From Candidatus Latescibacterota bacterium (lineage in GTDB: Bacteria; Latescibacterota; UBA2968), in the NCBI GenBank assembly GCA_965204375.1, contig OZ241986.1:2624001-2688000 (forward strand): a stretch of 64,000 bases of DNA, written 5' to 3'. The position numbers were made by a program, and so were the translations under genes. The notes beneath the pieces are model-generated. The model ran no database searches. It was not told the DNA's origin and saw only the letters and a program-made list of their open reading frames with translations. Below, in pieces: positions 39,135 to 49,069 of this stretch; within the stretch, counting starts at the first letter, position 1; every line of letters begins with the position of its first letter.

Positions 39135-40460
39135 GTGATCGTCGATCTTCTCTACTTCTTGTTTGTCTTAGGCGTGCTGGTGTTTGTTCACGAACTCGGG
39201 CATTTTTTAGTCGCCAAAAAATCGGGCATCAGAGTTGAAGCCTTTTCACTGGGATACCCACCCAAAGCAATAGGCGTGAAAATTGGTGAGACCGAATACT
39301 GCCTTTCGTGGTTGCCATTGGGGGGATATGTCAAAGTTGCCGGCATGGCCGATTTCGGTCACGAAGAAGGCAAGGGTAAGCCTTGGGAATTTCAGTCAAA
39401 ACCGCGATGGATTCAGATGGCAGTGATGGTCGCTGGTCCGGCAATGAACTTTTTTTTGGGCTTTTTGCTATTGCTCATTTTGCGTATGGCGGCGGGTGAA
39501 TACGCATTTTTGGACGATTCGCGCGTGGGGGAAGTTAAGATAGACTCGCCCTTCTATACGGCAGGACTAAGGCCAGGAGACCGCATTTTAACCGTTGGAA
39601 ATACAGCGGTAAATGACTGGGAAGAAATGGTAGATGCGTTTCTCCTTCAGACCGGTGATGTCGTGCCCGTTGAAATTGAACGAATATCCGCCTACCGATC
39701 AGACATGACCGAGCGATTGATGATCTCTGTCGATTTGACCTCGCTTCCCCGCGAAGGTCTGGGACTGGGATATTATATGACCACAGAAGTTGGAGCCGTG
39801 ATGCCTGGAATGCCAGCCGCAGAAATTGGACTGCAACCGGGCGATGTGATTACATCGGTCAATGGTATTCCAGTGACGATGTGGTGGGAGATGAGCCGCG
39901 AGATTTCTGCACAACCCGGCGTGGAAATCTCATTGACCTGGCAGCGCAATGGTGAAGAGATGACGAAGCAGATTATTCCCGCTTCTCAAACCCTTAATGG
40001 CGAAACCGTGGGACGCATTGGCATCGATTCGGCTTCCAAACGCAATCCCATTCCCTTTTTTAAGGCTGTGCGCCGCAGCGCAACAGAAACCATCAATTTG
40101 TCAACGGCTATTTTTGGATTTGTCAAACGCCTGGTCATAGGACAAGAATCCAGCAGTGCTCTGGCTGGACCTGTGGGGATTTTCCAGATGGTGGGCCAAA
40201 GTGCTGAGCGCGGCTTTTCCTATCTGCTATGGTTTATGGCCATGCTCAGCATTAACCTGGGTGTGCTCAACCTGTTGCCCATTCCCATGCTCGATGGTGG
40301 CCATCTCACCATTCTTGCGATTGAAAGCATTATCCGCCGAGATTTATCTGCGCGACACAAAGCCTGGCTCCAACAAGCTGGATTTGCATTTTTACTCTTC
40401 CTGATTATTTACGTAACCTTCAACGATATCGGACGCATTTCCGGATGGTTTGGAAACTAA
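39135..40460 (+). CDS. rseP: RIP metalloprotease RseP
   Basis: HELGH, PLGGYV, AGPAMN, two PDZ domains, NLLPIPMLDGG. Confidence 0.95.
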   Translation: MIVDLLYFLFVLGVLVFVHELGHFLVAKKSGIRVEAFSLGYPPKAIGVKIGETEYCLSWLPLGGYVKVAGMADFGHEEGKGKPWEFQSKPRWIQMAVMVAGPAMNFFLGFLLLLILRMAAGEYAFLDDSRVGEVKIDSPFYTAGLRPGDRILTVGNTAVNDWEEMVDAFLLQTGDVVPVEIERISAYRSDMTERLMISVDLTSLPREGLGLGYYMTTEVGAVMPGMPAAEIGLQPGDVITSVNGIPVTMWWEMSREISAQPGVEISLTWQRNGEEMTKQIIPASQTLNGETVGRIGIDSASKRNPIPFFKAVRRSATETINLSTAIFGFVKRLVIGQESSSALAGPVGIFQMVGQSAERGFSYLLWFMAMLSINLGVLNLLPIPMLDGGHLTILAIESIIRRDLSARHKAWLQQAGFAFLLFLIIYVTFNDIGRISGWFGN

Positions 40461-40482
40461 AGCTCCAGTTCACCTGTTAGAT

Positions 40483-40515
40483 AAAATCCCCCGCATTTTT
40501 TGTGGGGGATTTTTT
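40483..40515. terminator. Bidirectional terminator
   Basis: AAAATCCCCCGCA…TGTGGGGGATTTTTT. Confidence 0.8.
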
Positions 40516-40536
40516 ATTTTCAATCAGCAATCCTCT

Positions 40537-40878
40537 TCACTTCTCACCTTTCTTTTCCGTCTTTTGAAATGACTTCATCTCACGCTCTGCTGCCTCGCCA
40601 AATCTCTGCTGAATCAGAGCAATGAGCGCATCCCATTTTTCGGGATGATCCCGACGATCTTTGAGAAATTTCTCAATATCGGCTTGTGTAATACCATGGC
40701 GTTTGAACAATTTTTTTCGTTCCACCAGTAGCGAATCGGGCGCGTGCACATAACGGCGGTGAAGTTCCATCGCATCTGCAAATAGCTCAATAAATTTCTT
40801 ATTCGATAGCTCTGGCGATGAAGCAGTCACGCATCCAACCGTACCGAGTACAACACACCAGAGGAGCAGTTTTTTCAT
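40537..40878 (-). CDS. Small hypothetical lipoprotein (DUF4296-like)
   Basis: MKKLLLWCVVLGTVGC lipobox; helical body …LFKRHGITQADI…HPEKW. Confidence 0.6.
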   Translation of the reverse strand: MKKLLLWCVVLGTVGCVTASSPELSNKKFIELFADAMELHRRYVHAPDSLLVERKKLFKRHGITQADIEKFLKDRRDHPEKWDALIALIQQRFGEAAEREMKSFQKTEKKGEK

Positions 40879-41020
40879 AACAGAGTTCCAAAAAGAGAAT
40901 CCCACAGAGGTCCTTCCACAATTCCCTCAAAATACGTCACAATAACGCATACATATAAATAACTTATTTTTTATAGATAAAACAATTGACTTTTGAAACG
41001 CGAATTACTAATTTAAGCCA

Positions 41021-41050
41021 GGTGGTATATTGTGGTGGATTGTGGTGGAT
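41021..41050 (+). promoter_or_regulatory. MraZ-binding direct repeats
   Basis: GTGGT x3 at 10-bp period (GGTGGTATAT TGTGGTGGAT TGTGGTGGAT) upstream of mraZ. Confidence 0.75.
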
Positions 41051-41108
41051 TTTGATTTTTTGTATATTACTTTGTAAAATAATAACTTATCTCCCTCAGG
41101 CTTTTCAG

Positions 41109-41555
41109 ATGTCCGATAATTGTCCAGAGTTTTATGGCGACTTTGAAAATATCCCCATCGATACCAAGGGTCGCTTAATCGTTCCGGCTGCATTTCGGAA
41201 TGCACTGCCCAGTGGCGTAAGTTCAATTATTGTCACGCAGTGGTTTGATGGCTGTTTGGCCGCGTTTGACCCCGATGGATGGCGGCGGATCATTGATCAA
41301 CTCCGCAACATGGGACACTCACAAGTCCAGTCAAGACAACTAGTTAGAGCAATGGCAGGACGTGCATCTGAAGTAAAACTCGACCGCCAGGGGCGTGCAT
41401 TGATCCCCAGAAAGCGTCTGGACTCGGTCGGTATTACAGATCGCGCAACGCTGGCAGGTGCCGTTGAGTGTATCGAAATTTGGGATCCGGATAGGTATAA
41501 CGAAGCTCAAAATGCCGTCAATATGGAAGAGATAGCAGAAGGATTAGAACGATAG
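41109..41555 (+). CDS. mraZ: Transcriptional regulator MraZ
   Basis: IDTKGRLIVP and LDRQGRALIP (DxxxR) motifs, IEIWD. Confidence 0.93.
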   Translation: MSDNCPEFYGDFENIPIDTKGRLIVPAAFRNALPSGVSSIIVTQWFDGCLAAFDPDGWRRIIDQLRNMGHSQVQSRQLVRAMAGRASEVKLDRQGRALIPRKRLDSVGITDRATLAGAVECIEIWDPDRYNEAQNAVNMEEIAEGLER

Positions 41556-41632
41556 AGAATATTCTAAAATTTGGAATAAATATTCAGAATAAATATTCGA
41601 ATATTTGGAAATTAAAATAAAAACAACATGTT

Positions 41633-42607
41633 ATGCACCACAAGGCCCCAGAGTATCACGTTCCGATCTTGGGGCCAGATGTGTCAAAATATCTCATGAT
41701 CGATCCCAATGGAATTTATGTCGATGCCACCTTGGGAGGGGGCGGACACGCTGAAATTATGCTCAATCATCTGGGACCTGATGGCAAATTGATCGGCATT
41801 GACCGCGATCCCAAAGCCATCGAAGTCGCGGCAAAACGCCTGTCTCCATTCAAAGATCGCGTTTATACAGTGCAAGCACCGTTTTGGAATCTTCGGCATA
41901 TTTTGGCTGAACAGGGTCTCGCGACAATCGCGGGTATTTTATTTGATCTGGGTCTCTCATCTCACCAGATTGACAATGCCGACCGGGGGTTCAGCTTTCA
42001 GCAACGCGGTGCGCTTGATATGCGTATGGGCCCCGATGCAAAATGCACGGCCCACGAGGTGGTCAATTCGTATTCGCAGGAAAATTTGACCCGCGTCATT
42101 AAAACTTATGGTGAAGAACGCGCAGCTGCCCGCATTGCCCGAGCAATCTGTGAAAACAGACCTCTTAATTATACGGATGATCTGGCCGATGTAATTGTGC
42201 GGCACAGTTATGGTCCTCGAAAGCAAAAGACGCTTGCACGGGTCTTTCAAGCGCTTCGCATTGAAGTCAACGACGAATTGACACATCTTGAAGACGCCCT
42301 TCAAACAGCAATTGACTTGCTCAAACCCGGTGGGCGCATTGGCGTTTTATCTTATCATTCGCTGGAACACCGCGCGGTCAAACGGGTTTTTGAACTGGGC
42401 ACGCGCGATTGTATCGGGCCTGTGGGTCTGCCCTTATGCGCGTGTGATCGCCTGCCTGTATTGACCTTGCCGAGAAAGCGAGCTATTCGACCAAATCGGG
42501 CGGAAATCGCCCAAAATCCACGGGCACGTAGCGCAACACTTCGCCTGGCGCAACGCCTTGATGTTTTCGCTCAGCCCTGGTTATGTCATCAAGGACTACT
42601 GTCGTGA
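41633..42607 (+). CDS. rsmH: 16S rRNA m4C1402 methyltransferase
   Basis: HVPIL, DATLGGGGH, DLGLSSHQ, LDMRM, FQALRIEVNDE, NPRARSA. Confidence 0.96.
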   Translation: MHHKAPEYHVPILGPDVSKYLMIDPNGIYVDATLGGGGHAEIMLNHLGPDGKLIGIDRDPKAIEVAAKRLSPFKDRVYTVQAPFWNLRHILAEQGLATIAGILFDLGLSSHQIDNADRGFSFQQRGALDMRMGPDAKCTAHEVVNSYSQENLTRVIKTYGEERAAARIARAICENRPLNYTDDLADVIVRHSYGPRKQKTLARVFQALRIEVNDELTHLEDALQTAIDLLKPGGRIGVLSYHSLEHRAVKRVFELGTRDCIGPVGLPLCACDRLPVLTLPRKRAIRPNRAEIAQNPRARSATLRLAQRLDVFAQPWLCHQGLLS

Positions 42608-42897
42608 CTTCAGAACCGCGCCCGCCCTGGGGGATTTATCGCTCTGGTTTTTTATCGATTATTCTCCTCGTTGCGGGATTGCTAATTTATATGTGGGGGC
42701 ATGTGCAAACCCTGAGTCAGGGGCGTGAAATCGACCGGCTGAGTGAAGAGCGAAAAAATCTTTTGAACCAGCAAGAGCGACTCCTGGCACGCACAGCGAG
42801 TTTGAAGCAGAGCAAACGCATTCGCGATATTGCCGTTCGAGAATTGGGCATGGTGTTCCCAAGTGATCCACCGAAAAATTTGTATTTGAGTCGATAA
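42583..42897 (+). CDS. ftsL: Cell division protein FtsL
   Basis: Single TM plus coiled coil, ending IAVRELGMVFP; lies between rsmH and ftsI. Confidence 0.8.
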   Translation: MSSRTTVVTSEPRPPWGIYRSGFLSIILLVAGLLIYMWGHVQTLSQGREIDRLSEERKNLLNQQERLLARTASLKQSKRIRDIAVRELGMVFPSDPPKNLYLSR

Positions 42898-44975
42898 TGA
42901 ATAACCGCTTAAGAATAATCGCGTTTTTCGGTATGGGATTCGCGCTACTTTTGGCGTTTCGGTTGGTTTCTCTACAAGTCTGGTCGGTGGAGACATACGC
43001 AGACCAGGCGCGTAGTCAGCATGTCAAGAAGCGGGTTTTACTGGCAGAAAGAGGACGCATTTTTGACCGACGCGGCCGGGTGCTGGCGACAAATCTCGAA
43101 TCCCAATCGTTCTTTCTCAATCAAATATCCGATAGAGACAGCCTCCGTGCGCTCGCCGTTCGGTTTTCTCGGCAATCCGGACATGATGAGGCATCTCTCC
43201 TTGAAAAGGTAGAACGCTCGCGCTCCTTCGTGTGGCTAGCTCGTCAGGTCATCGATGCACCTACTGGATTGCCAGAAGGTATCGGGCGCATTGTTGAAAT
43301 GAGGCGCAATTATCCCATGGGGACTCTGGCGGGTCAGGTATTGGGATATACCGATACCGATGGCCTGGGAATCGAAGGCATTGAACGCGCTTTTGATCCA
43401 ATCTTGAGGGGCGAGCCAGGGGAGTTATCCGCACGCGTTGATGCGCGGGGGCAAATGCTCAGCACACTCGGCGCAGTTCGGCAGATGCCTAAAAATGGCG
43501 ATGACATCACTCTTACCATCGATGCCGATTATCAGGCTATTGCAGAAGAAGAGTTGCTAAAAGGCATGCAGAATTACAATGCCAAAAGCGGCGTTGCCAT
43601 TGTAATGGAACCTCATACGGGCGAAATTTTAGCACTGGCAAACGCGCCCTTTTACGATCCAAATGATTTTTCAAAATCAGAACTCTGGATACGACGCAAT
43701 CGATCGGCAACCGATCAGTTCGAGCCGGGATCAACCTTTAAGGTTGTGGCATTTGCAGCCGCGCTCGAAGCCGGCCTGGTTGAGCCAGAAGATAAAATTT
43801 TCTGTGAAAATGGCAGAATGCGTATTGCTGGTGGCAAAATACTTCGAGACTCACATCCCAGTGGCTGGCTGACCGTGCGGGAAGTAATGGAAGAATCGAG
43901 CAATATTGGCACGGCTAAAATCGCGCGTAAAGTGAAAAAAGGGCCCTTATATCGTCAGATGCGCTTATTTGGCTTTGGCGCCAAAACAGGTGTGGATTTG
44001 CCGGGCGAAGTCGGCGGTCAACTTCGCCATCCAGATAAATGGTCGGCACGATCATTGGAAACCCTTTCCATTGGACAAGAGATCGCCGTGACCGCCCTTC
44101 AGGTCGCCGCTGCTTATAGCGCGATTGCCAATGGGGGACGATTGATGACGCCGCGTATTTTTTTGAGAGCTTCTCGCAAAGATTCCACAACGGTCGAAGG
44201 ATCGCGCAGACCAATTCGAAGGGTAATATCGCCCGAAACAGCGCGCACTCTTACCAGTTTTCTCGAAGGCGTTGTCAGTCACGGCACGGGTAAAAATGCG
44301 CGCATATCCGGTTATCGGGTCGCCGGAAAAACCGGAACAGCACAACAAGTGAAAGAAGGACAACCCGGATACGATCCCAATCGCTACATTCCGTCTTTTG
44401 TGGGATTTTTGCCCGCTGAACGCCCCGAGTTGCTGTGTCTGGTGGCCATAGATAGTCCCCAAAAGATTCACTGGGCAAGTCTGGTTGCTGCACCTGTTTT
44501 TAGCAGCATTGTAAAGCGAATTTTAAGCCTGCGGCAAGCTCCTCTGCGTCACAGCGCGCCCCTGCTTGATGAACAGCCGCCGCCACCTCCACGCACCGAC
44601 ATTCATCTGGTGGGCCTTTCGCGGAAAGCTGCAACAGATGCCCTGAAGCGTCTGGGAATGACCTATCAAATTGCGGGCGAAGGAGACCGCGTTGTTGGAC
44701 AGCATATCGACATTGAGGAAAATAATGTCTCGTTGTTTTTGGCTTCCTCGCCAATCACCACTCCCGATCACCGCACAGAGGCCAAAGGGTCTGAAGCACT
44801 TTACATGCCCGATGTGCGCGGAGCACCTGTGCGGCAGGCGGTTGCCCAATTGACACAGTTGGGGTTCCAGATCAAAATTTCAGGTAGTGGGCGGGTGATC
44901 GCACAATCGCCCGAACCGGGTGCAGCCGTAAAACCGGGAACAGTATGCACGGTCGAATGCAAACGAGAAAGTTGA
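42897..44975 (+). CDS. ftsI: Division transpeptidase (class B PBP) with PASTA domain
   Basis: RGRIFDR, EPGSTFK (SxxK), SSN, KTGT; C-terminal PASTA. Confidence 0.93.
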   Translation: MNNRLRIIAFFGMGFALLLAFRLVSLQVWSVETYADQARSQHVKKRVLLAERGRIFDRRGRVLATNLESQSFFLNQISDRDSLRALAVRFSRQSGHDEASLLEKVERSRSFVWLARQVIDAPTGLPEGIGRIVEMRRNYPMGTLAGQVLGYTDTDGLGIEGIERAFDPILRGEPGELSARVDARGQMLSTLGAVRQMPKNGDDITLTIDADYQAIAEEELLKGMQNYNAKSGVAIVMEPHTGEILALANAPFYDPNDFSKSELWIRRNRSATDQFEPGSTFKVVAFAAALEAGLVEPEDKIFCENGRMRIAGGKILRDSHPSGWLTVREVMEESSNIGTAKIARKVKKGPLYRQMRLFGFGAKTGVDLPGEVGGQLRHPDKWSARSLETLSIGQEIAVTALQVAAAYSAIANGGRLMTPRIFLRASRKDSTTVEGSRRPIRRVISPETARTLTSFLEGVVSHGTGKNARISGYRVAGKTGTAQQVKEGQPGYDPNRYIPSFVGFLPAERPELLCLVAIDSPQKIHWASLVAAPVFSSIVKRILSLRQAPLRHSAPLLDEQPPPPPRTDIHLVGLSRKAATDALKRLGMTYQIAGEGDRVVGQHIDIEENNVSLFLASSPITTPDHRTEAKGSEALYMPDVRGAPVRQAVAQLTQLGFQIKISGSGRVIAQSPEPGAAVKPGTVCTVECKRES

Positions 44976-44978
44976 GAT

Positions 44979-46433
44979 ATGCGTCTGCGAGAACTGCTAT
45001 CCGACGTGCCAGATGTCGTGAGGATGCGCGGAAATAATCCCAATATCGGGGGTATTGCAACCCATTCGGGACGCGTCAAAGAAGGCGATGTATTTGTCGC
45101 GCTCAGTAGCGATGGACACTTTCCAGATCGACATCCTTTTATTTTTCAGGCGGTTCAGGCAGGTGCTCGAGCCGTTGTTGCCGAACGCGATGTCGATATA
45201 GGGGATACGGCTTTTGTTCAAACGACTAACACGCACCGTGCACTTGCACATATTGCCCGTCGTTTTTACAACAAACCAGGTGAACAGTTGAAAATGATCG
45301 GTGTTACGGGCACCAATGGCAAAACATCGACCGTCTATCTCATCCGCGCGGTGCTCGAAATGGCTGGTCTCGCGCCGGGTTTGATTGGAACCATTGAACA
45401 CGACCTCGGCACAACACGCGAAACATCGCACAATTCTACGCCACAGGCACACGACTTACACCGCATGTTTCGCGCAATGGTCGATGCGGGATGCCGGTCA
45501 GCCGCGATGGAAGTGACCTCACACGGACTCGCACAAAACCGCGTGTTGGGCATTGATTATGAAGTTGCAGTATTCACTAACCTGACGCGCGATCATCTGG
45601 ATTATCACAACACGCCTGACGCCTATTTGGCTGCCAAGGCACAGCTCTTTGACAATCTCAAACCAGATGCTTATGCAGTCGTCAATACAGACGACGCGGC
45701 ATCAAAAATACTGATAAAAAAATGTTCGGCACACTTGTTGGGCTATGGCCGCTCAGAAAATGCGACAGTGCGCATTTTAGAGGGTAGCACATCGCTGGAT
45801 GGTACGCGACTTTACTTGCAAACGCCGCACGGACAGATGGACCTGGAACTGGCACTTCGGGGCGATTTCCAGTTGTATAATGCCACTGCAGCAGTCACTG
45901 CTGGCCTCGCATTGGAAATCGAACCTGACATCATCGCAGATGCTTTGCGCGAAATTCGGATTCCAGGTCGTTTTGAAGGCATTGATTGCGGGCAAGATTT
46001 TGGGGTATTTATCGATTATGCACACGCGCCAGATGGACTGAAAAATGTGCTGCAAACCGCGCGAGCCTTTGCCCGAGGGCAACTGATTTGCGTATTTGGA
46101 TGCGGCGGGGACCGCGATAAGGGCAAGCGACCTGTGATGGGCGGCCTATCTGCACGGTTGGCCGATCTGTCTGTAGTGACATCAGACAATCCTCGCACCG
46201 AAGACCCCGATGCCATCATTGCCGATATTTTGCCCGGTCTGGGGGATGCCCCGCACATCGTTGAACCCAATCGCCGACGGGCAATAGAAAAGGCCATTGC
46301 AAAAGCGCGAGCGGGCGACCTCGTGCTCATTGCGGGCAAGGGACATGAAAATTATCAGGAAATCAATGGGATTAAAAACCCTTTTGACGATCGGGAAGTT
46401 GCACGAGAAATACTCAAGTGCAAAGTGGAGTGA
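44979..46433 (+). CDS. murE: UDP-MurNAc-dipeptide:meso-DAP ligase
   Basis: GVTGTNGKT, DHLDYH, DYAH, DNPR, AGKGHE. Confidence 0.96.
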   Translation: MRLRELLSDVPDVVRMRGNNPNIGGIATHSGRVKEGDVFVALSSDGHFPDRHPFIFQAVQAGARAVVAERDVDIGDTAFVQTTNTHRALAHIARRFYNKPGEQLKMIGVTGTNGKTSTVYLIRAVLEMAGLAPGLIGTIEHDLGTTRETSHNSTPQAHDLHRMFRAMVDAGCRSAAMEVTSHGLAQNRVLGIDYEVAVFTNLTRDHLDYHNTPDAYLAAKAQLFDNLKPDAYAVVNTDDAASKILIKKCSAHLLGYGRSENATVRILEGSTSLDGTRLYLQTPHGQMDLELALRGDFQLYNATAAVTAGLALEIEPDIIADALREIRIPGRFEGIDCGQDFGVFIDYAHAPDGLKNVLQTARAFARGQLICVFGCGGDRDKGKRPVMGGLSARLADLSVVTSDNPRTEDPDAIIADILPGLGDAPHIVEPNRRRAIEKAIAKARAGDLVLIAGKGHENYQEINGIKNPFDDREVAREILKCKVE

Positions 46434-47809
46434 TGGGTTATATGGAAGGATTAACACTATCAGATGTAATTGAATCGACCCATGGCCATTGGATCGGAAG
46501 AGATGATCCCTCTGCTATTGTGCCAATCGGGGTCAGTATTGATACGCGGACACTCAAACCGGGCGAAATTTTCTTTGCCTTGCCCGGTGAAAAGATCGAT
46601 GGTCACCAATTTTTGGACGCTGCATTTGCCAGGGGAGCCTGTGCTGCAGTAGTCACCCGGTCTGGTGCTCGAAAATCGCGGCAGGCACTGATCGCTGTCG
46701 ATGCTCCCGATTTAGCTCTGGGTGATCTGGCGCGAGTTTATCGCAGGCGTTTCGACATTCCCGTTATCGGCATTACGGGTAGCAGTGGCAAAACCACGAC
46801 TAAAGATATGATCGCTGCTGTTTTGAGCACGCGGTATCGGGTTTTGGCGACACAGGGAAATCTCAATAACAGACTGGGAGTGCCGCTCACCTTATTCAAC
46901 CTGTCGGCCCATTGCGATGTCGCAGTTATTGAAATGGGCATTAGCGAACGCGGCGGGATGCGCTATCTGTGTGAAATTGCGCAACCGACCATCGGCATGA
47001 TAACCAATATCGGACCAGCACATATCGAGTTTTTCGGCTCTGTAGAGGGTGTGGCAAAAGCCAAAGGGGAACTTCTGGAATATCTAGACGAGTCTTCTAT
47101 GACTATCTTGAATCTCGATGACCTGTTTTTGTCCAAGGAGCAAGCAAAAGTTAAGGGGAGACTCCTGGGCATTGGCATCGAGCAGATATGTCAGTTTCGT
47201 GGGGAGGGACTCAAACTGGATCAGAAGGGCTTTGGTCATTTCTCTCTACAGGGCCATTCTTTTCACCTGTCGATTCCGGGCAAGCACAATGTGTATAACG
47301 CGCTAATGGCCGCAACGGCAGGATGGGCTCTCGACGTGCCCTTACAAGATGCGGCAAAAGCACTTGAAAATTTTACGCTAACTGAATTGAGAAGTCAGGT
47401 ACTGGAACACAATGGGATTCGCATGATCAACGACACGTACAACGCCAACCCCGCGTCGATGCGGGCCGCACTTGAGACCCTATCGCAAATTGAGGTGGAT
47501 GGTCGGCGGATTGCAGTAGTGGGCGATATGCGCGAATTAGGAACAATGACCTATGACGCACATCGGGAATTGGGGCGCGAAGTGGGCAATCGACAAATTG
47601 ACGCACTTTTCGCGCTGGGCGATCTGGCGCCAGTAGTCGTTGAAGGGGGGCGCGAAGCAGGCATAGATCAGGCGTGGGCTTATGCAGACCGGGATGCGTT
47701 AACCGGGGCATTGCAGGCTTATTTGAAACCCGGAGATTTAATGCTCATCAAGGGATCGCGCGGCATTGCAATGGAAAGAATAGTTACAGCACTGGGATTT
47801 GAAATGTAG
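46433..47809 (+). CDS. murF: UDP-MurNAc-tripeptide:D-Ala-D-Ala ligase
   Basis: ITGSSGKTTTK, NLNNRLGVP, DTYNANP, GDMRELG, KGSRG. Confidence 0.96.
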   Translation: MGYMEGLTLSDVIESTHGHWIGRDDPSAIVPIGVSIDTRTLKPGEIFFALPGEKIDGHQFLDAAFARGACAAVVTRSGARKSRQALIAVDAPDLALGDLARVYRRRFDIPVIGITGSSGKTTTKDMIAAVLSTRYRVLATQGNLNNRLGVPLTLFNLSAHCDVAVIEMGISERGGMRYLCEIAQPTIGMITNIGPAHIEFFGSVEGVAKAKGELLEYLDESSMTILNLDDLFLSKEQAKVKGRLLGIGIEQICQFRGEGLKLDQKGFGHFSLQGHSFHLSIPGKHNVYNALMAATAGWALDVPLQDAAKALENFTLTELRSQVLEHNGIRMINDTYNANPASMRAALETLSQIEVDGRRIAVVGDMRELGTMTYDAHRELGREVGNRQIDALFALGDLAPVVVEGGREAGIDQAWAYADRDALTGALQAYLKPGDLMLIKGSRGIAMERIVTALGFEM

Positions 47810-47836
47810 GGCGAGGGGAACCCCCTCACCTCTTAC
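47806..47836. repeat. GTAG-type REP-like palindrome
   Basis: GTAGGGCGAGGGGAACCCCCTCACCTCTTAC; related copy at 23443-23470. Confidence 0.5.
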
Positions 47837-47852
47837 TTTTCAACCTTATTTT

Positions 47853-49058
47853 ATGACACTGACAAACGAACAAAGATATGATCGAACCTGGATTCTGTTG
47901 CTGCTCATTGTGGTTATGCTGGTGGGCTTTGGCACAGTAATGGTGTATAGTGCCAGTTCTGGATTGGCGCAACTGCGATTTGACAACAGCAATTTTTTTC
48001 TCAACCGCTGGGCCATTCGCATGGCCATCAGTTTGGTTGTGATGGTTCTGCTGATTCACATAGACTATCGCGTCTGGCGCAAACAGGCGCGTTTGATGCT
48101 GGCGATAGCTTTTGCTTTTTTGCTCGTGGTACTCATCCTCAAGCTACTTGGCATTGGCGGAGTGCGAGGTGCATATCGCTGGATACCGTTGCCGGGTGGG
48201 CAATTTCAACCCGCCGATATGATGCGCGTAGTTCTGGTACTTTACCTGGCCGATTCCCTGACGCGCCGTCAGGATGTAATTGAAAATTTCAAATCGGGCT
48301 TTTTACCACATGTAGTGGTAATCGGCACGGCAATGGTGATGATTTTGATACAACCCGATTTGGGTACAGCGATGGCAATTGGAGTGACCTGTGCATTGAT
48401 GCTCTATCTGGGCGGTATGCGATTGCGGCACCTCATGGCGACGTTCGCAGGTCTTTTGCCCGTTCTGTATGTGATTATTTTTGTTTTTGGGTATCGTCGC
48501 GAGCGCGTGATGACATTTATATTTCCCAGCGACGATGTGCAAAATACGGGCTATCAGATCGCGCAATCCCTTCTCGCCCTGGGCAGTGGTGGATTTTGGG
48601 GCACGGGCCTGGGACAGGGCCAGCAAAAATATTTCTTTTTGCCTGAGCCCCATACTGATTTTGTATTCAGCATTGTAGGTGAAGAGCTCGGGCTGTGGGG
48701 CACCATGCTCGTTTTGATTTTGTTTTTAATTTTTGGGCGGTACGGATTTCGCACTGCCCGCACAGCTCCCGATACCTTTGGTTTTCTACTCGCTTCTGGC
48801 ATTACTATTACGATTCTGATTTATGCTCTGATCAACATGGGTGTAGCTACCGGGTTGCTGCCTGTCACGGGACTTCCCCTCCCCTTTATCAGCTACGGTG
48901 GTTCATCCTTGATGTTTACACTCTCCGCGACAGGTGTGCTCATTGGTATTGGACGGGCGAGTACTCGACACAGAACCCGTCACGCACCTGCTACATCGCA
49001 AACCATTCCCCGGCACGCGATGTATAAACGACATCACCTCATCATTCCCCGACGTTGA
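47853..49058 (+). CDS. ftsW: Peptidoglycan polymerase FtsW
   Basis: VYSAS, GAYRWI, QPDLGT, LPEPHTDFVFS, PFISYGGSS. Confidence 0.95.
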   Translation: MTLTNEQRYDRTWILLLLIVVMLVGFGTVMVYSASSGLAQLRFDNSNFFLNRWAIRMAISLVVMVLLIHIDYRVWRKQARLMLAIAFAFLLVVLILKLLGIGGVRGAYRWIPLPGGQFQPADMMRVVLVLYLADSLTRRQDVIENFKSGFLPHVVVIGTAMVMILIQPDLGTAMAIGVTCALMLYLGGMRLRHLMATFAGLLPVLYVIIFVFGYRRERVMTFIFPSDDVQNTGYQIAQSLLALGSGGFWGTGLGQGQQKYFFLPEPHTDFVFSIVGEELGLWGTMLVLILFLIFGRYGFRTARTAPDTFGFLLASGITITILIYALINMGVATGLLPVTGLPLPFISYGGSSLMFTLSATGVLIGIGRASTRHRTRHAPATSQTIPRHAMYKRHHLIIPRR

Positions 49059-49069
49059 ACGATTTCAAA

